A DNA stretch of 64,000 bases from the IMG/VR virus record IMGVR_UViG_3300028833_000062; one strand, 5' to 3'. The stretch comes from an uncultured virus (IMG/VR IMGVR_UViG_3300028833_000062) (taxonomy: Duplodnaviria > Heunggongvirae > Uroviricota > Caudoviricetes). The position numbers were made by a program, and so were the translations under genes. Below the pieces are notes generated by a model that saw nothing but the letters and a program-made list of their open reading frames with translations, made no database searches and had not been told where the DNA came from. Positions 50,912 to 61,490 of the stretch are shown here, one piece after another. How positions within the stretch are numbered: the first letter of the stretch is position 1; every line of letters starts with the position of its first letter.

Positions 50912-50952
50912 TTCTATATTAATATAATGTAACGTTTACAAAAAGAAAGAAT

Positions 50953-52056
50953 ATGATGAAGAAAATTTTAAGTATTATTATCGCATTTGTAATGATGATT
51001 ACACTTGCAAATGCTCAGACGGTTGAACATTCACGTCTTTTTGAAAACACTTATGTAACCCTTGTCGGTGGTGGTATTACAACCCAGCATACAGGTGGTC
51101 AGACTTTCTTCTGGGCCGGAGCACAGAATATCGTTAATGGTATTCGTCCTTTTGCAGGTCTTGAGATTGGAAAATATGTAACTCCTGTTGTTGGTTTTGG
51201 AATCGAAGGTCTTGCAATGTTTAATACTACTGGTTCAAATACTGTTGTTGATCAGTCAAATGTTGTAGGTAACTTGAAACTTAATCTTTCCAATTGGTTT
51301 GGAGGATATAAGGGAGAGCCTCGTAGAGTAGAGGTAGTTTTGGTTCCTGGACTTGGTTGGGGTCATGATTATGGTAATGTTTATAATGATAGAAATTATT
51401 TAACTTATAATATTGGCGCAGAATTAAATATTAATCTTGGCAAGGCTCGTGCTTGGCAAATTAATGTTAAACCTGTTGTAATGTGGAACAATTATAATAA
51501 TGTTCTTACTCCTAGACGTGCCAATATGCAAGGTAGAATTCAGTTTGGTTTAACATATAAGTTCGGTTCAAGAAGTAAGAAGAGCCATAACTTTGTTCTT
51601 TGTCCTTATAGTGTAACTGCAGCTGATTATGAAGCAGCACATGCAAGAATTGCTGAACTTGAAGCAAGAGAACCTAAGACTGTTGAAAAGGTTGTAGAAA
51701 AGGTAGTTGAGAAGCAGGTTATTATTGAAAAGGTTGTTTCTCATGATCCTGCACTTCAAACAGTTATTACATTCAATATTGGAAGTACTAAGCTTTCAAG
51801 TGTTGAAAGAGCTAAGCTTGGTGTTCTTGCTAAGGTAGTTAGAGCTGATGAAAAAGTTTATCTTGTAGGTAGTGCTGATAGCGCTACTGGTACTGAAAAG
51901 AGAAATACAGAACTTGCAAATGGAAGAGCTAATACAGTTAAAGATATTCTTGTAAAGGAATATGGTATTAGTGAAGACAGAATATTTATCAGAACAGCTT
52001 TTGATACAAATTCAGATGCTGAAGCAAGTAGAGCTGTTGTTATTACTCTTGAATAA
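50953..52056 (+). CDS. OmpA-family outer membrane protein (Bacteroidales type)
   Basis: Signal peptide, beta-barrel strands ending GLTYKF, coiled linker, C-terminal OmpA-like domain (F.IGS, GSADSATG...N..LA..RA..V). Confidence 0.85.
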   Translation: MMKKILSIIIAFVMMITLANAQTVEHSRLFENTYVTLVGGGITTQHTGGQTFFWAGAQNIVNGIRPFAGLEIGKYVTPVVGFGIEGLAMFNTTGSNTVVDQSNVVGNLKLNLSNWFGGYKGEPRRVEVVLVPGLGWGHDYGNVYNDRNYLTYNIGAELNINLGKARAWQINVKPVVMWNNYNNVLTPRRANMQGRIQFGLTYKFGSRSKKSHNFVLCPYSVTAADYEAAHARIAELEAREPKTVEKVVEKVVEKQVIIEKVVSHDPALQTVITFNIGSTKLSSVERAKLGVLAKVVRADEKVYLVGSADSATGTEKRNTELANGRANTVKDILVKEYGISEDRIFIRTAFDTNSDAEASRAVVITLE

Positions 52057-52084
52057 AATAATTTAATTTAAACGTTACAAAATT

Positions 52085-52114
52085 AAAGTCTCCTAAAATA
52101 AGGAGACTTTTTTT
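52085..52114 (+). terminator. Intrinsic terminator
   Basis: aaagtctcct-aaaata-aggagactttttt. Confidence 0.85.
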
Positions 52115-52172
52115 ATTTTTAAATATATTAATAAGTAATTACTATATTAATATATAATATATTTTAAATATT

Positions 52173-52619
52173 ATGGAACAAAAAAAAGTAGTACAAAAAG
52201 TTGTAAAGAAGTCAGTTAATAAAAATGAAAATAATTTATTAGATAAACTAAAAAAGAATTGGAAGAATATATTACTTATTCTTTTAATAATTTTTAGTAT
52301 GAGTAAATGTACAAGTTCTTGTTCAAGAGGAAGAGAAATTAATAGACTTAATGTTCAAATTGAACAATTAGATTCTATAGTAGTTGCTAAAGGAATTGAA
52401 TATGATAAACAAAGTATTGAATTACAAGGAGTAAAAACAAGTATAGATTCTTATAAAGGAATTGCTACTGGTAATCAAAAAGAACTTGTTGATAAAGTTA
52501 CTTCATTAACAGAAGAAAATAGAAACTTAACAAATAAAGTTAATTCATTAAATAAAGAAAATAAAAAACTAAAAGAAAAAATTGATGAATTAGAAAAACA
52601 AAAAGAAGATATGAATTAA
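52173..52619 (+). CDS. Membrane-anchored coiled-coil protein (possible spanin-like)
   Basis: Basic N-terminus, one hydrophobic segment, long coiled coil. Confidence 0.45.
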   Translation: MEQKKVVQKVVKKSVNKNENNLLDKLKKNWKNILLILLIIFSMSKCTSSCSRGREINRLNVQIEQLDSIVVAKGIEYDKQSIELQGVKTSIDSYKGIATGNQKELVDKVTSLTEENRNLTNKVNSLNKENKKLKEKIDELEKQKEDMN

Positions 52620-52646
52620 TATCTTCTTTTTTTTATTTTTAAATAT

Positions 52647-53402
52647 ATGAATATACTTATAACAGGAAACAGAGGATTTATTGGTGGACATTTATCTAAA
52701 TATTTAAAGGATAAAGGTCATAATATTATAGGTATAGATAGAAAAGATGGTAATGAAGTATTAGATATTAATGAAGATACTTTAAAAGATATTGATATTA
52801 TAATCCATTTAGCAGCACAAACATCAGTTTGGAATACTAATATTGAATTAATAGAAAATGATAATATAAAATCTTTTATTCATATATTTAATTTATGTAA
52901 AAAACTTAATAAAAGATTTATATATGCAAGCAGTTCATGTTCGATAAATATAACATCGATGTATGGATTAAGTAAATATTTTGATGATTTATATTTTGAA
53001 ATTTATAAATGGGATAAATGTATTGGATTAAGATTTCATAATGTATATGGTAAAGATTCAAGAGAAGATACATTATTAGGAATTTGTTTAAATAATTCAG
53101 AAATTACATTATATAATAATGGACTTAATTATAGACATTTTACTTATATAGATGATGTATGTAAAAGTATAGAAATGTCTTTTAATTTAAAATCTTGTAT
53201 ATATAATGTATTTAATCCTCAAGAAAATTCAGTATTAGAATTTGTCAATGAAGTTTTAAAATATAAAGATTTAAAAATTAATTTAATTGATTCTATAAGA
53301 GAACTTGATAAAGAAAAACAGCTTATAGATGATACTAAAATAAATTTAATAGAAAATAATTATAAAAATATAAAAATAGGCATAAATGAGATATTTAGGT
53401 AA
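52647..53402 (+). CDS. NAD-dependent sugar epimerase/dehydratase
   Basis: ITG.RGFIG, HLAA, YASS, YGLSK, LRF.NVYG and R.FTYIDD motifs. Confidence 0.9.
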   Translation: MNILITGNRGFIGGHLSKYLKDKGHNIIGIDRKDGNEVLDINEDTLKDIDIIIHLAAQTSVWNTNIELIENDNIKSFIHIFNLCKKLNKRFIYASSSCSINITSMYGLSKYFDDLYFEIYKWDKCIGLRFHNVYGKDSREDTLLGICLNNSEITLYNNGLNYRHFTYIDDVCKSIEMSFNLKSCIYNVFNPQENSVLEFVNEVLKYKDLKINLIDSIRELDKEKQLIDDTKINLIENNYKNIKIGINEIFR

Positions 53403-54309
53403 ATTTACTTCAGAAACTGAAATACAAAATGCATTAGATAATAATGAATTATTAAATCCTTATATTGCATTATATAATAATGCATTAAATATAGATATTA
53501 ATACAAAAACACCACATGATTATTCTCAAGATTATTTAACATTTGTTATTTTATCTGGTTTAGGAGAGATTTCTCCACAATATGATGGAATTGAATTTTC
53601 TAAGGATAATGGAGAATCATGGCAAGATTGGACTATAAGTGGTGAACAAGGAGATAGAATTTTAGTAAGAGGAAATTTTAAAAATGGAAGTGCAACTAAT
53701 GGATTTTTTAATATAGTAGATTCACATTTTTATGCAATTCCAGAAGATTTTACATATAATGTAGAAGGTAATATATTATCAATATATGATTCAGAAAATT
53801 TTAGAACATTAACTGAAATTGAAAATACTACTTTTGAAGGATTTTTTTTTAATTTAGATGGTTTAATTTCAGCAAAAAATCTTATATTACCATTAACAAC
53901 TTTAACACAAGATTGTTATAAATTAATGTTTAAAGGTTGTGTAAATCTTACTACTGCGCCTGAACTTCCTGCTACTGTATTATCAAATGATTGTTATTTA
54001 GAAATGTTTGATGGTTGTGTAAATTTAAATTATATTAAATGTCTTGCTTTAAATATATCTACTAGTATTTATTTTGGTTTACAAGAATATAGTTCAGGTT
54101 CAGGTTCAGGTTCAGGTTCAGGTTCAGGTTCAGGTTCTGGTTCAGGTTCAGGTTCTGGTTCAGGTTCTGGATCAAGTTCTGAAACAGGTTCAATATCTAA
54201 AACATTTATTATAAATAATAATTTTGATGGTAATCCATATGACTTGTTTAATATACCATATTCATGGAATGTATATTATGAAAATGGTACACAATATATT
54301 AATGAATAA
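53386..54309 (+). CDS. Protein with BspA-like LRR units and an (SG)n tract
   Basis: LP.T.L..DCY..MF.GC.NL repeats; poly-SG tract; N-terminus shared with the next gene. Confidence 0.65.
   Translation: MRYLGKFTSETEIQNALDNNELLNPYIALYNNALNIDINTKTPHDYSQDYLTFVILSGLGEISPQYDGIEFSKDNGESWQDWTISGEQGDRILVRGNFKNGSATNGFFNIVDSHFYAIPEDFTYNVEGNILSIYDSENFRTLTEIENTTFEGFFFNLDGLISAKNLILPLTTLTQDCYKLMFKGCVNLTTAPELPATVLSNDCYLEMFDGCVNLNYIKCLALNISTSIYFGLQEYSSGSGSGSGSGSGSGSGSGSGSGSGSGSSSETGSISKTFIINNNFDGNPYDLFNIPYSWNVYYENGTQYINE
54091..54180 (+). repeat. Hexamer microsatellite (TCAGGT/TCTGGT) encoding poly(Ser-Gly)
   Basis: Directly visible tandem hexamers. Confidence 0.95.
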
Positions 54310-54332
54310 AGAAATATAATAATAATATATAT

Positions 54333-56621
54333 ATGGGAAAACATTTAGCTAAATTTAATACTAAGACAGAAATACAAAATGCTTTAAATAGTTTTACATT
54401 ATTAAAACCTTATGTTGCGATATATAATAACAAAACTAATATTGATTATAATTCATTTAATATAAAGTATCGTAATTTTGATTTTGATTCTGTTATAAAA
54501 ATAAATACAGAAAATGATACATCATATGCTATAACATTAACAAAACAAATAGTAAATAATATAGAAACAACAAATACATGGATTAATATAACATTAACTG
54601 ATGTATTAGATAATAGTACTGATAATTGGACTCATTATCCAACTATTATAACTATACCAGATTCTGGTTCTGGTTCTGGATCTGGATCTGGTTCTGATTC
54701 TGACTCTGGTTCTGATTCTGACTCTGGTTCTGGATCTGGTTCTGGTTCTGGTTCTGGCTCTGGTTCTAGTTCTAATTTTGAAAAGATATTAGAAGTTAAT
54801 TCAATGCTTATAAAAAATAATGAATTATATTTAAGATTAACTAATAATTTATATTATAAAGATAGTGCTAAATTATGTGCTAATGCATTTAAAATTAATT
54901 TAGATACTCAATTAGTAACACCAGTTATAATTAATGATTATAATGATAACTATTATATTGATAGTATTATATATTGTGAAACTGAGAATAATAATATAAT
55001 AGCAAAATCATTAACATCTAATATAATTAATATATTAACTTCTAATACAAATGTAAGTGAAAAATATATACCAATAGAATCAACAATTATTGTTATTAAT
55101 GATGAAGTAGCATATTATATAACAGATATTAAATTAAAGACTAATAATCTTTATTTACGATTAAATAATATTATATATGATAATAATTGTAATATAGATT
55201 TTAACGCATTTTCATTATATTTAACACATGGTTTAATAGAAAAAATTATATCTACAAATGAAATAAGTAATATTAATTCAGTAATTATAAAATATGATTG
55301 TATTTATGAAAGACCTGAAAATGTATTTAATGTAATTATAGATGCTAATGATGAATCAAATGAAGAAGCAAATGAATTAAATGGATATTATTGTGTAGAT
55401 ATTTTAAATCCAGAATATGGTGATGATGGTTGTATATATACATCTAAATATCAACTAAATAATTATATTAATGATAATATAACATATGTGGATAATGATA
55501 ATATATCTATTAAACTTGCACAATATACATATAAATTATTAACTAGTGATGAGAATAATTATTATGTACCATTTGTTCAATCAAATGAAAATGTACTTAC
55601 ATATACTAATGATAATAATTATGTTTTAACTGAAGTAACAGGAGAATTACAAACAATAATTTATGGTATAAAAAATAATACATTATCACAAACAGAATTT
55701 AATGTTAATATATCAATATCTGATGACAATAATAATACATATAATATTGAAAAAATAGAATATGTTAGTGGAGATTGTGGTAAACTTATATTATATAAAT
55801 ATGTTAAGCCTGATATAGACTATGATTATTATAATCAGACTAATGGTTGGATAGATGGATATACATTAACTATTAACACTAACTCTGTATGGTCTTATTA
55901 TGACGACAAAATAATTGGTTTATGTAAAATAGAAGAAGATAATAATGTACCAGACATTTTAGATAGTAAATATATAATGCAGCCATTAGCAAATAATACT
56001 GAATATCAAGGAATATATGTATTAAATACTACATTAGATGGATCTACAAATAATCCTTATGTTGTAGGAATAATTCCACAAATTAAAAATGTAAATACAT
56101 CAAATAATATATCAATTGAAAATTTATCTATTTATAATGATGTTGTATATTATATAAAAGATGGAGTTGATGATTATGATTTATTTGGATCTAGATGTTA
56201 TTATATGAAGAATAATAATATAACATATATTATATCTGAAAAATTATTATCAGAAAATTATTCTAATGTTTATTTTACTATAAATTCATCAGGTGTAATA
56301 TCAAATGAAGGAAATTTATTATGTACAATATCATCTAATGGAGATAATGCTTATGTAAAGTTCAGTGAATTATATGAAGCAGTACATAATCCAAAAACTT
56401 TAGTTGATATAGATAGTTCTGATGGTTTATATCAAGCTATATATAATGGAGGTCATTTATATATAATTAGAAATCATACTACTACATCTGGTGTCGTACC
56501 AACTGGTGGTTATGTAGAAATAAGTACTGACTTTACATCATTACATGATATAACAAATTTAGATGTTAACTTTGAAACTATTGAAGAAGAAAATGAATTT
56601 ATTACAAATTTAACATCATAA
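54333..56621 (+). CDS. Large Asn-rich protein with an (SG/SD)n tract, putative virion surface protein
   Basis: N-terminal L.KF....EIQNAL....LL.PY.A.YNN shared with 53386; SG/SD tract. Confidence 0.55.
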   Translation: MGKHLAKFNTKTEIQNALNSFTLLKPYVAIYNNKTNIDYNSFNIKYRNFDFDSVIKINTENDTSYAITLTKQIVNNIETTNTWINITLTDVLDNSTDNWTHYPTIITIPDSGSGSGSGSGSDSDSGSDSDSGSGSGSGSGSGSGSSSNFEKILEVNSMLIKNNELYLRLTNNLYYKDSAKLCANAFKINLDTQLVTPVIINDYNDNYYIDSIIYCETENNNIIAKSLTSNIINILTSNTNVSEKYIPIESTIIVINDEVAYYITDIKLKTNNLYLRLNNIIYDNNCNIDFNAFSLYLTHGLIEKIISTNEISNINSVIIKYDCIYERPENVFNVIIDANDESNEEANELNGYYCVDILNPEYGDDGCIYTSKYQLNNYINDNITYVDNDNISIKLAQYTYKLLTSDENNYYVPFVQSNENVLTYTNDNNYVLTEVTGELQTIIYGIKNNTLSQTEFNVNISISDDNNNTYNIEKIEYVSGDCGKLILYKYVKPDIDYDYYNQTNGWIDGYTLTINTNSVWSYYDDKIIGLCKIEEDNNVPDILDSKYIMQPLANNTEYQGIYVLNTTLDGSTNNPYVVGIIPQIKNVNTSNNISIENLSIYNDVVYYIKDGVDDYDLFGSRCYYMKNNNITYIISEKLLSENYSNVYFTINSSGVISNEGNLLCTISSNGDNAYVKFSELYEAVHNPKTLVDIDSSDGLYQAIYNGGHLYIIRNHTTTSGVVPTGGYVEISTDFTSLHDITNLDVNFETIEEENEFITNLTS
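54660..54772 (+). repeat. Hexamer microsatellite (TCTGGT/TCTGAT) encoding Ser-Gly/Ser-Asp
   Basis: Directly visible tandem hexamers. Confidence 0.95.
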
Positions 56622-56624
56622 TAT

Positions 56625-57545
56625 ATGAAATGTTGTATAATTGCCATAGCAAAAAAAGAAAATAAGTATATTCAAGAATGGGTTAATTATCATCTTAATT
56701 TAGGATTTGATAATATAATAATTTGTGATAATAATGATACAGGTGATGAAAAAATATCAGATGTAATTAATGATGATAAGGTAATTATTTTAAATTATTT
56801 TAACTTTAAAAATATACAACCAACTGCATATACAAAATGTTTTTTAAAATATAAAGATACATATGATTGGCTGGCATTTATAGATATAGATGAATTTATT
56901 ATATTAGATAAAAAATACGATAATAATATAAAGAATTTTTTATCAGATAATATATTTAAAAATGCAGATATTATAAGATTATGTTATAAGTTTTTTACTG
57001 GTGGAAATAAGTTAGATGTTGAAAATAATGACTATTCTTTAATGAGTAGATTTACTGAAGAATTTGATACTATAGAAAATACATGGGGTAAATCAATTAT
57101 TAAAAACACAATTAAATATATTCCTAATACTAGATTTTATGGGCACGGGTATGCAACTAATAAAAATAATGTAGCTTATTCGGCTGATGGAAATATATGT
57201 AAAAATGATTGGATTATTGTAAGTGAAGAACCTATATATGTTAATGCTTGGATAAATCATTATCCAACAAAAACAATTGGAGAATATGTAAGACAAAAAT
57301 ATTTTCGTGGTGGTCCAAATAATAACAACAATAAATATAAATCATTAAATTATTTTTTCAGATATAATAAAAAAACAGATAAATTATTTAAATATGGTAT
57401 TAAATTAATTAATTCATATAAACAAGAAATAGAGAAGAAAAAAATCAAAACTAATAAACAAGAAATAGAGAAGAAAAAAATCAAAACTAAAATTAATACT
57501 TTAGTTATTTCTAATAATTTATTAATAAGTAAAGAGATTGATTAA
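56625..57545 (+). CDS. Glycosyltransferase (GT2-like / GT92-like)
   Basis: EW..YHL.LGFD.I.I.DN, Q..AY, W.AFIDIDEF, KSI and INHY motifs. Confidence 0.85.
   Translation: MKCCIIAIAKKENKYIQEWVNYHLNLGFDNIIICDNNDTGDEKISDVINDDKVIILNYFNFKNIQPTAYTKCFLKYKDTYDWLAFIDIDEFIILDKKYDNNIKNFLSDNIFKNADIIRLCYKFFTGGNKLDVENNDYSLMSRFTEEFDTIENTWGKSIIKNTIKYIPNTRFYGHGYATNKNNVAYSADGNICKNDWIIVSEEPIYVNAWINHYPTKTIGEYVRQKYFRGGPNNNNNKYKSLNYFFRYNKKTDKLFKYGIKLINSYKQEIEKKKIKTNKQEIEKKKIKTKINTLVISNNLLISKEID
57418..57489 (+). repeat. Perfect 36-bp tandem duplication (2 copies)
   Basis: ataaacaagaaatagagaagaaaaaaatcaaaacta x2 in the glycosyltransferase C-terminus. Confidence 0.95.
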
Positions 57546-57599
57546 TTCAATCTCTTTTTTCTATATTAATATATATATATAATTTTTACTTTTATAAAT

Positions 57600-58238
57600 A
57601 TGATAAATAAAGAATTTATAAATAATTATTTAAATAATAATGAAATTACAAAATTACAATTAGGTTGTGGTATATTTACAATTAATAATTGGTTAAATAC
57701 TGATAAAGATACATATAAAATAAATAATAATATAATATATTTAGATGTAACTAAACAATTTGAATTACCTGATAATTCATTTAATTATATATATTCTGAA
57801 CATCTTTTTGAGCATTTAACATATTTTGAAGGTTTAAATATGCTAAAAGAATGTTATAGAATTTTAAAGCCTGGTGGAATAATTAGAATAGCTACACCAA
57901 ATTTAGAATTTCTTATTGATTTATATTTTCATCCAGAGAAGGAGATAAATAAATTATATATAGAATTTGATGGTAAAAGAACAAATCAACCTAATGATGC
58001 AATATATGCTATAAGTCATTTTCATACTGATTGGGGTCATAAAATTATATATGATTATAAATCATTAAAAACTTTTTTAGAAAATGTTGGTTTTAAAAAC
58101 ATTATACAATGTGAAGTTAGTAAAAGCTCACATCCAGAATTAAATGACATTGAGCAACACCCAAAACATTTCAAAAGAATGGAAGTTAAATATGATTTTA
58201 ATTCTTTACAAACAATGGTTTTAGAGGCTGAAAAATAA
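57600..58238 (+). CDS. Class I SAM-dependent methyltransferase (Methyltransf_11-like)
   Basis: LQLGCG, W.N.D, IYSEHLFEHL and E.YRILKPGG.IRIATP motifs. Confidence 0.85.
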   Translation: MINKEFINNYLNNNEITKLQLGCGIFTINNWLNTDKDTYKINNNIIYLDVTKQFELPDNSFNYIYSEHLFEHLTYFEGLNMLKECYRILKPGGIIRIATPNLEFLIDLYFHPEKEINKLYIEFDGKRTNQPNDAIYAISHFHTDWGHKIIYDYKSLKTFLENVGFKNIIQCEVSKSSHPELNDIEQHPKHFKRMEVKYDFNSLQTMVLEAEK

Positions 58239-58301
58239 ATCTCATTGAATAAAATCAATGAGGTTTTCTATTTTATAATAGTAATAGTAAATAGTTTAAT
58301 T

Positions 58302-59135
58302 ATGAGTACAGGTTTAGGAAAAACAACACCAGCTAAGAAAGAAAAAATTACAAAGATTTCTGATTTTGAAGAAACATGTATGTGGATGAGTTATCGATAT
58401 GCAATAGGTAGACATACTATTGCTTCATCTATGCATGCTAATGATATTGCAACTCATTTTTTCTATCGTCTTTCAAATGATAGAAAGGAATTTACTGCAT
58501 TTGATATAGCAAGAGAAATTGATAATATACTTAGATGGCAATTTAATTTATTTATTGAATATCCTAATAAAAATATAAATTATAGACCTTATGAAATTCT
58601 TATGGATTTCATTAAGAAATATAATATTAAAGATTTAGATGAATTCAATAAGTTTGATAGAATTGATTATGATTGTTCAACAAAAGAATTTAAAGTAAGA
58701 TATGTTTCTTCTTATATTGACTCTTATCATTCATCTCCAATAGGTGATGAACAAAAAGAGATATATGATAAGAAAAGAAATTATAATACAATGGATCTTG
58801 AAGATTTACTTCATTGGCAAATGCTTTCTGCTTGTTTTGATGTTAAAAGACTTAAAGTAGTTAAGACATTATATGAAGGAAAAGAAGAAGAACATATTTG
58901 TTTTAAATCTTATTTCTTACAATATGGTCATACAACTGAAATTAGTAAAATTAATGGTGAACCTTATGAAGTAAATGACCTACATAATATTTGGTGGGAT
59001 GAACACTGGATTCCTCTAGATAGATATTTAAGCGGTATTGAAGATGGCTATATTGCAGATGAATATATTACAGATGTAAGAGATATTACCGATGAAGAAT
59101 GTAGACAATTTGAAGGATTTAATAAAGGAAAATAA
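58302..59135 (+). CDS. Hypothetical phage protein
   Basis: Open frame, ATG at 58302; WMSYRYAIGR motif. Confidence 0.65.
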   Translation: MSTGLGKTTPAKKEKITKISDFEETCMWMSYRYAIGRHTIASSMHANDIATHFFYRLSNDRKEFTAFDIAREIDNILRWQFNLFIEYPNKNINYRPYEILMDFIKKYNIKDLDEFNKFDRIDYDCSTKEFKVRYVSSYIDSYHSSPIGDEQKEIYDKKRNYNTMDLEDLLHWQMLSACFDVKRLKVVKTLYEGKEEEHICFKSYFLQYGHTTEISKINGEPYEVNDLHNIWWDEHWIPLDRYLSGIEDGYIADEYITDVRDITDEECRQFEGFNKGK

Positions 59136-59316
59136 ATTACCTTTAATTAATGGTTTTGATGGAACAACAAGTAAAATAACTGATGATAAATGGCTAATTT
59201 GTATACATCAATTTGAACATTGTAAATACCAAGCTTCTGTTGGAGATGGAGCATGTTTAATATGTACAAATTATCCAGAATGTTTAAAAGAAGGATGTTT
59301 TATTGAAGAAAAATAA
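59092..59316 (+). CDS. Small Cys-rich hypothetical protein
   Basis: Open frame with five Cys residues. Confidence 0.5.
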   Translation: MKNVDNLKDLIKENKLPLINGFDGTTSKITDDKWLICIHQFEHCKYQASVGDGACLICTNYPECLKEGCFIEEK

Positions 59317-59326
59317 TAAAATAATT

Positions 59327-59611
59327 ATGATTAGATTAGTTGAATTTGATAATATAAATTTTCTTAAAGATAATCCTAGTTACATTAAAAGGGTTTATGA
59401 ACACAGATATAAAGATACCAATTATGCAATTATTCAAGAAGGTAAAAATACTTGGGTAATATATATAATTGATGATAACCTTGGTGTATTTGAATTATTT
59501 GAAGGATATTGGACTAAAAAGAAAGCTATTGAAGAAATAGAGAGTGGAAATCTTAAAAGAAAGCTTTTTGAACAAAAAATTTTATATGATAAAATAGTTG
59601 AAGTATTATGA
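59327..59611 (+). CDS. Hypothetical protein
   Basis: Open frame with ATGA overlap into mgsA. Confidence 0.55.
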   Translation: MIRLVEFDNINFLKDNPSYIKRVYEHRYKDTNYAIIQEGKNTWVIYIIDDNLGVFELFEGYWTKKKAIEEIESGNLKRKLFEQKILYDKIVEVL

Positions 59612-60111
59612 ATATAGCATTAGTTGCCCATGATGGGCGTAAAAAAGAGTTAATGGAATGGGTAAAGTATAACTGGGAAACCCTTTCACAACATAATTTA
59701 TTTGCAACAGGTACAACTGGAAAACTTGTTATACAGACTCTTACTGAATCACATTTAGATATGATTGGACTTGGTAATTATCCTGATTTTTATCCAAGTA
59801 AATTACATGATACATATTCAAATAAGGTAACTTGTTTATTAAGTGGTCCTCTTGGTGGTGATCAGCAAATTGGAGCAATGATAGCAGAAGGAAAAATTGA
59901 TGTACTTATTTTCTTCTGTGATAATCTTATTATGCAAGGCCATCAAAATGATGTATCAGCACTTACAAGACTTGCATCTTTGTATAATATTGCATTTGCA
60001 ACAAATCGTACAACTGCAGATATGATATTAACATCACCATTATTTAAAGATCCTAATTATAAAAGAATTCTTCCACAAGCAATCGAAAATTATAAAAATA
60101 GAAGTATATAA
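59608..60111 (+). CDS. mgsA: Methylglyoxal synthase
   Basis: IALVAHD..K, ATGTTG, SGPLGGDQQIGA, H..DV.AL.R and ATN..TAD motifs. Confidence 0.95.
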   Translation: MNIALVAHDGRKKELMEWVKYNWETLSQHNLFATGTTGKLVIQTLTESHLDMIGLGNYPDFYPSKLHDTYSNKVTCLLSGPLGGDQQIGAMIAEGKIDVLIFFCDNLIMQGHQNDVSALTRLASLYNIAFATNRTTADMILTSPLFKDPNYKRILPQAIENYKNRSI

Positions 60112-60113
60112 TT

Positions 60114-60518
60114 ATGTATGGAGAAAAACCAAACTATAATAGAAGGAAAATAAAAGAAAACTTATATAAATTAAAGTTTAGATTAGGTGAAGAATATGAT
60201 GAAATAGACTTTACTGAAATAATTAATTGGTGTTCTAAGGTTATTGCTAAGTCAAAAGATTTAAATAAGAAACTTATAATTGATATTTGCTGTGAAGATG
60301 AAGATAGTGGAGGATGCGATTATCGTAAAGATGTTATTATGTTAATTCCTTTTTATGAAAGAGAAGAAACTGATACAGAATATAATAAACGTATTGCTGA
60401 AGAAGAAAAAGAATATAATGAGTATCTTCAAGTAAAGAAATTAGAAAGAGAGCAAAATGCAGAATATTTAAAAGACTTAGAAGAATACCGTAGAATAAAG
60501 AATAAATATCATTTTTAA
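60114..60518 (+). CDS. Hypothetical protein
   Basis: Open frame; REETD.EY..R motif. Confidence 0.6.
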   Translation: MYGEKPNYNRRKIKENLYKLKFRLGEEYDEIDFTEIINWCSKVIAKSKDLNKKLIIDICCEDEDSGGCDYRKDVIMLIPFYEREETDTEYNKRIAEEEKEYNEYLQVKKLEREQNAEYLKDLEEYRRIKNKYHF

Positions 60519-60521
60519 AAT

Positions 60522-61490
60522 ATGAAAATATTAGTAACTGGAGCAAATGGACAATTAGGTAGATGTATTTATGATATTATGCATGAAACATTTACTTACA
60601 AAAATAATGAATATATTTTTGCTTCTCATTCAGAATTTGATATTACTGATATCGGAAGTATGGAAAAATATTTTTTCTATAATCCGGATATAAAATGTAT
60701 TATCAATTGTGCTGCATATACTAATGTAGATGGTGCTGAAAAAGATCAATATACAGCATTTTATGTAAATTCAAGAGGTGTACAAAATCTTGTACAACTT
60801 TGTGAAAAATATGATATAATGTTATTCCATATTTCTACTGATTATGTATATAAAGACTATCAATCATTAGATAGTTTATGTAGTGAAGATTCAGAAATTG
60901 AACCAATTAATATCTATGGACAATCAAAAAGAGATGGAGAATTACATATAATTAATTCTAATTTAAAGAATTGGTATATTTTTAGAACATCTTGGTTATA
61001 TTCTGAATATCCTGGAAATTTCTTTACAAAGATTTTAGAAAAAGCAAAAAATAGTTATTCATTAGGTGTTGTTACAGATGAAGTTGGATGTCCTACTTAT
61101 GCAAAAGATTTAGCATCAATGTTAATATGCATTATAGAACATGAATATTATAAAACAATATTAGAAAGTGGTATTTATAATTATAGTGGTCTTGGTTTTA
61201 CTTCAAGATATGATTTTGCTTCTTCAATAATTGCAGCTGGATATAATATTAAAGTTAATGATAAAAAAATTGGAATTCATATACCAATCTATCCTATAAA
61301 ACAAAAAGATTTAAATTTACCAGCTAAAAGATCACAATTTGTTGTTTTAAATAATCAAAAAATTTCAAAAATACCTGTTTTTAGAGATAATTGGATATTT
61401 GATTTACAATCATGTATAAATAATTATGAAAAGAAATTAAATAAAGAAAATAATGATTATAGAATAATGTATGGAAAAGACTTATATTGA
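60522..61490 (+). CDS. rmlD: dTDP-4-dehydrorhamnose reductase
   Basis: GANGQLG, NCAAYT.VD.AE, STDYV, YG.SK, RTSWLY and G.PT motifs. Confidence 0.92.
   Translation: MKILVTGANGQLGRCIYDIMHETFTYKNNEYIFASHSEFDITDIGSMEKYFFYNPDIKCIINCAAYTNVDGAEKDQYTAFYVNSRGVQNLVQLCEKYDIMLFHISTDYVYKDYQSLDSLCSEDSEIEPINIYGQSKRDGELHIINSNLKNWYIFRTSWLYSEYPGNFFTKILEKAKNSYSLGVVTDEVGCPTYAKDLASMLICIIEHEYYKTILESGIYNYSGLGFTSRYDFASSIIAAGYNIKVNDKKIGIHIPIYPIKQKDLNLPAKRSQFVVLNNQKISKIPVFRDNWIFDLQSCINNYEKKLNKENNDYRIMYGKDLY

Noticed and set aside
52633..52641. TTATTTTTA as the late promoter for the glycosylation cassette
   Set aside because: It is only 14 nt from the ATG (others are 30-43 nt) and overlaps a terminator T tract, so it was not counted as a class-2 site.
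57418..57489. 36-bp tandem duplication as a regulatory or mobile-element signature
   Set aside because: It is an in-frame slippage duplication in a low-complexity Lys-rich tail of a glycosyltransferase.
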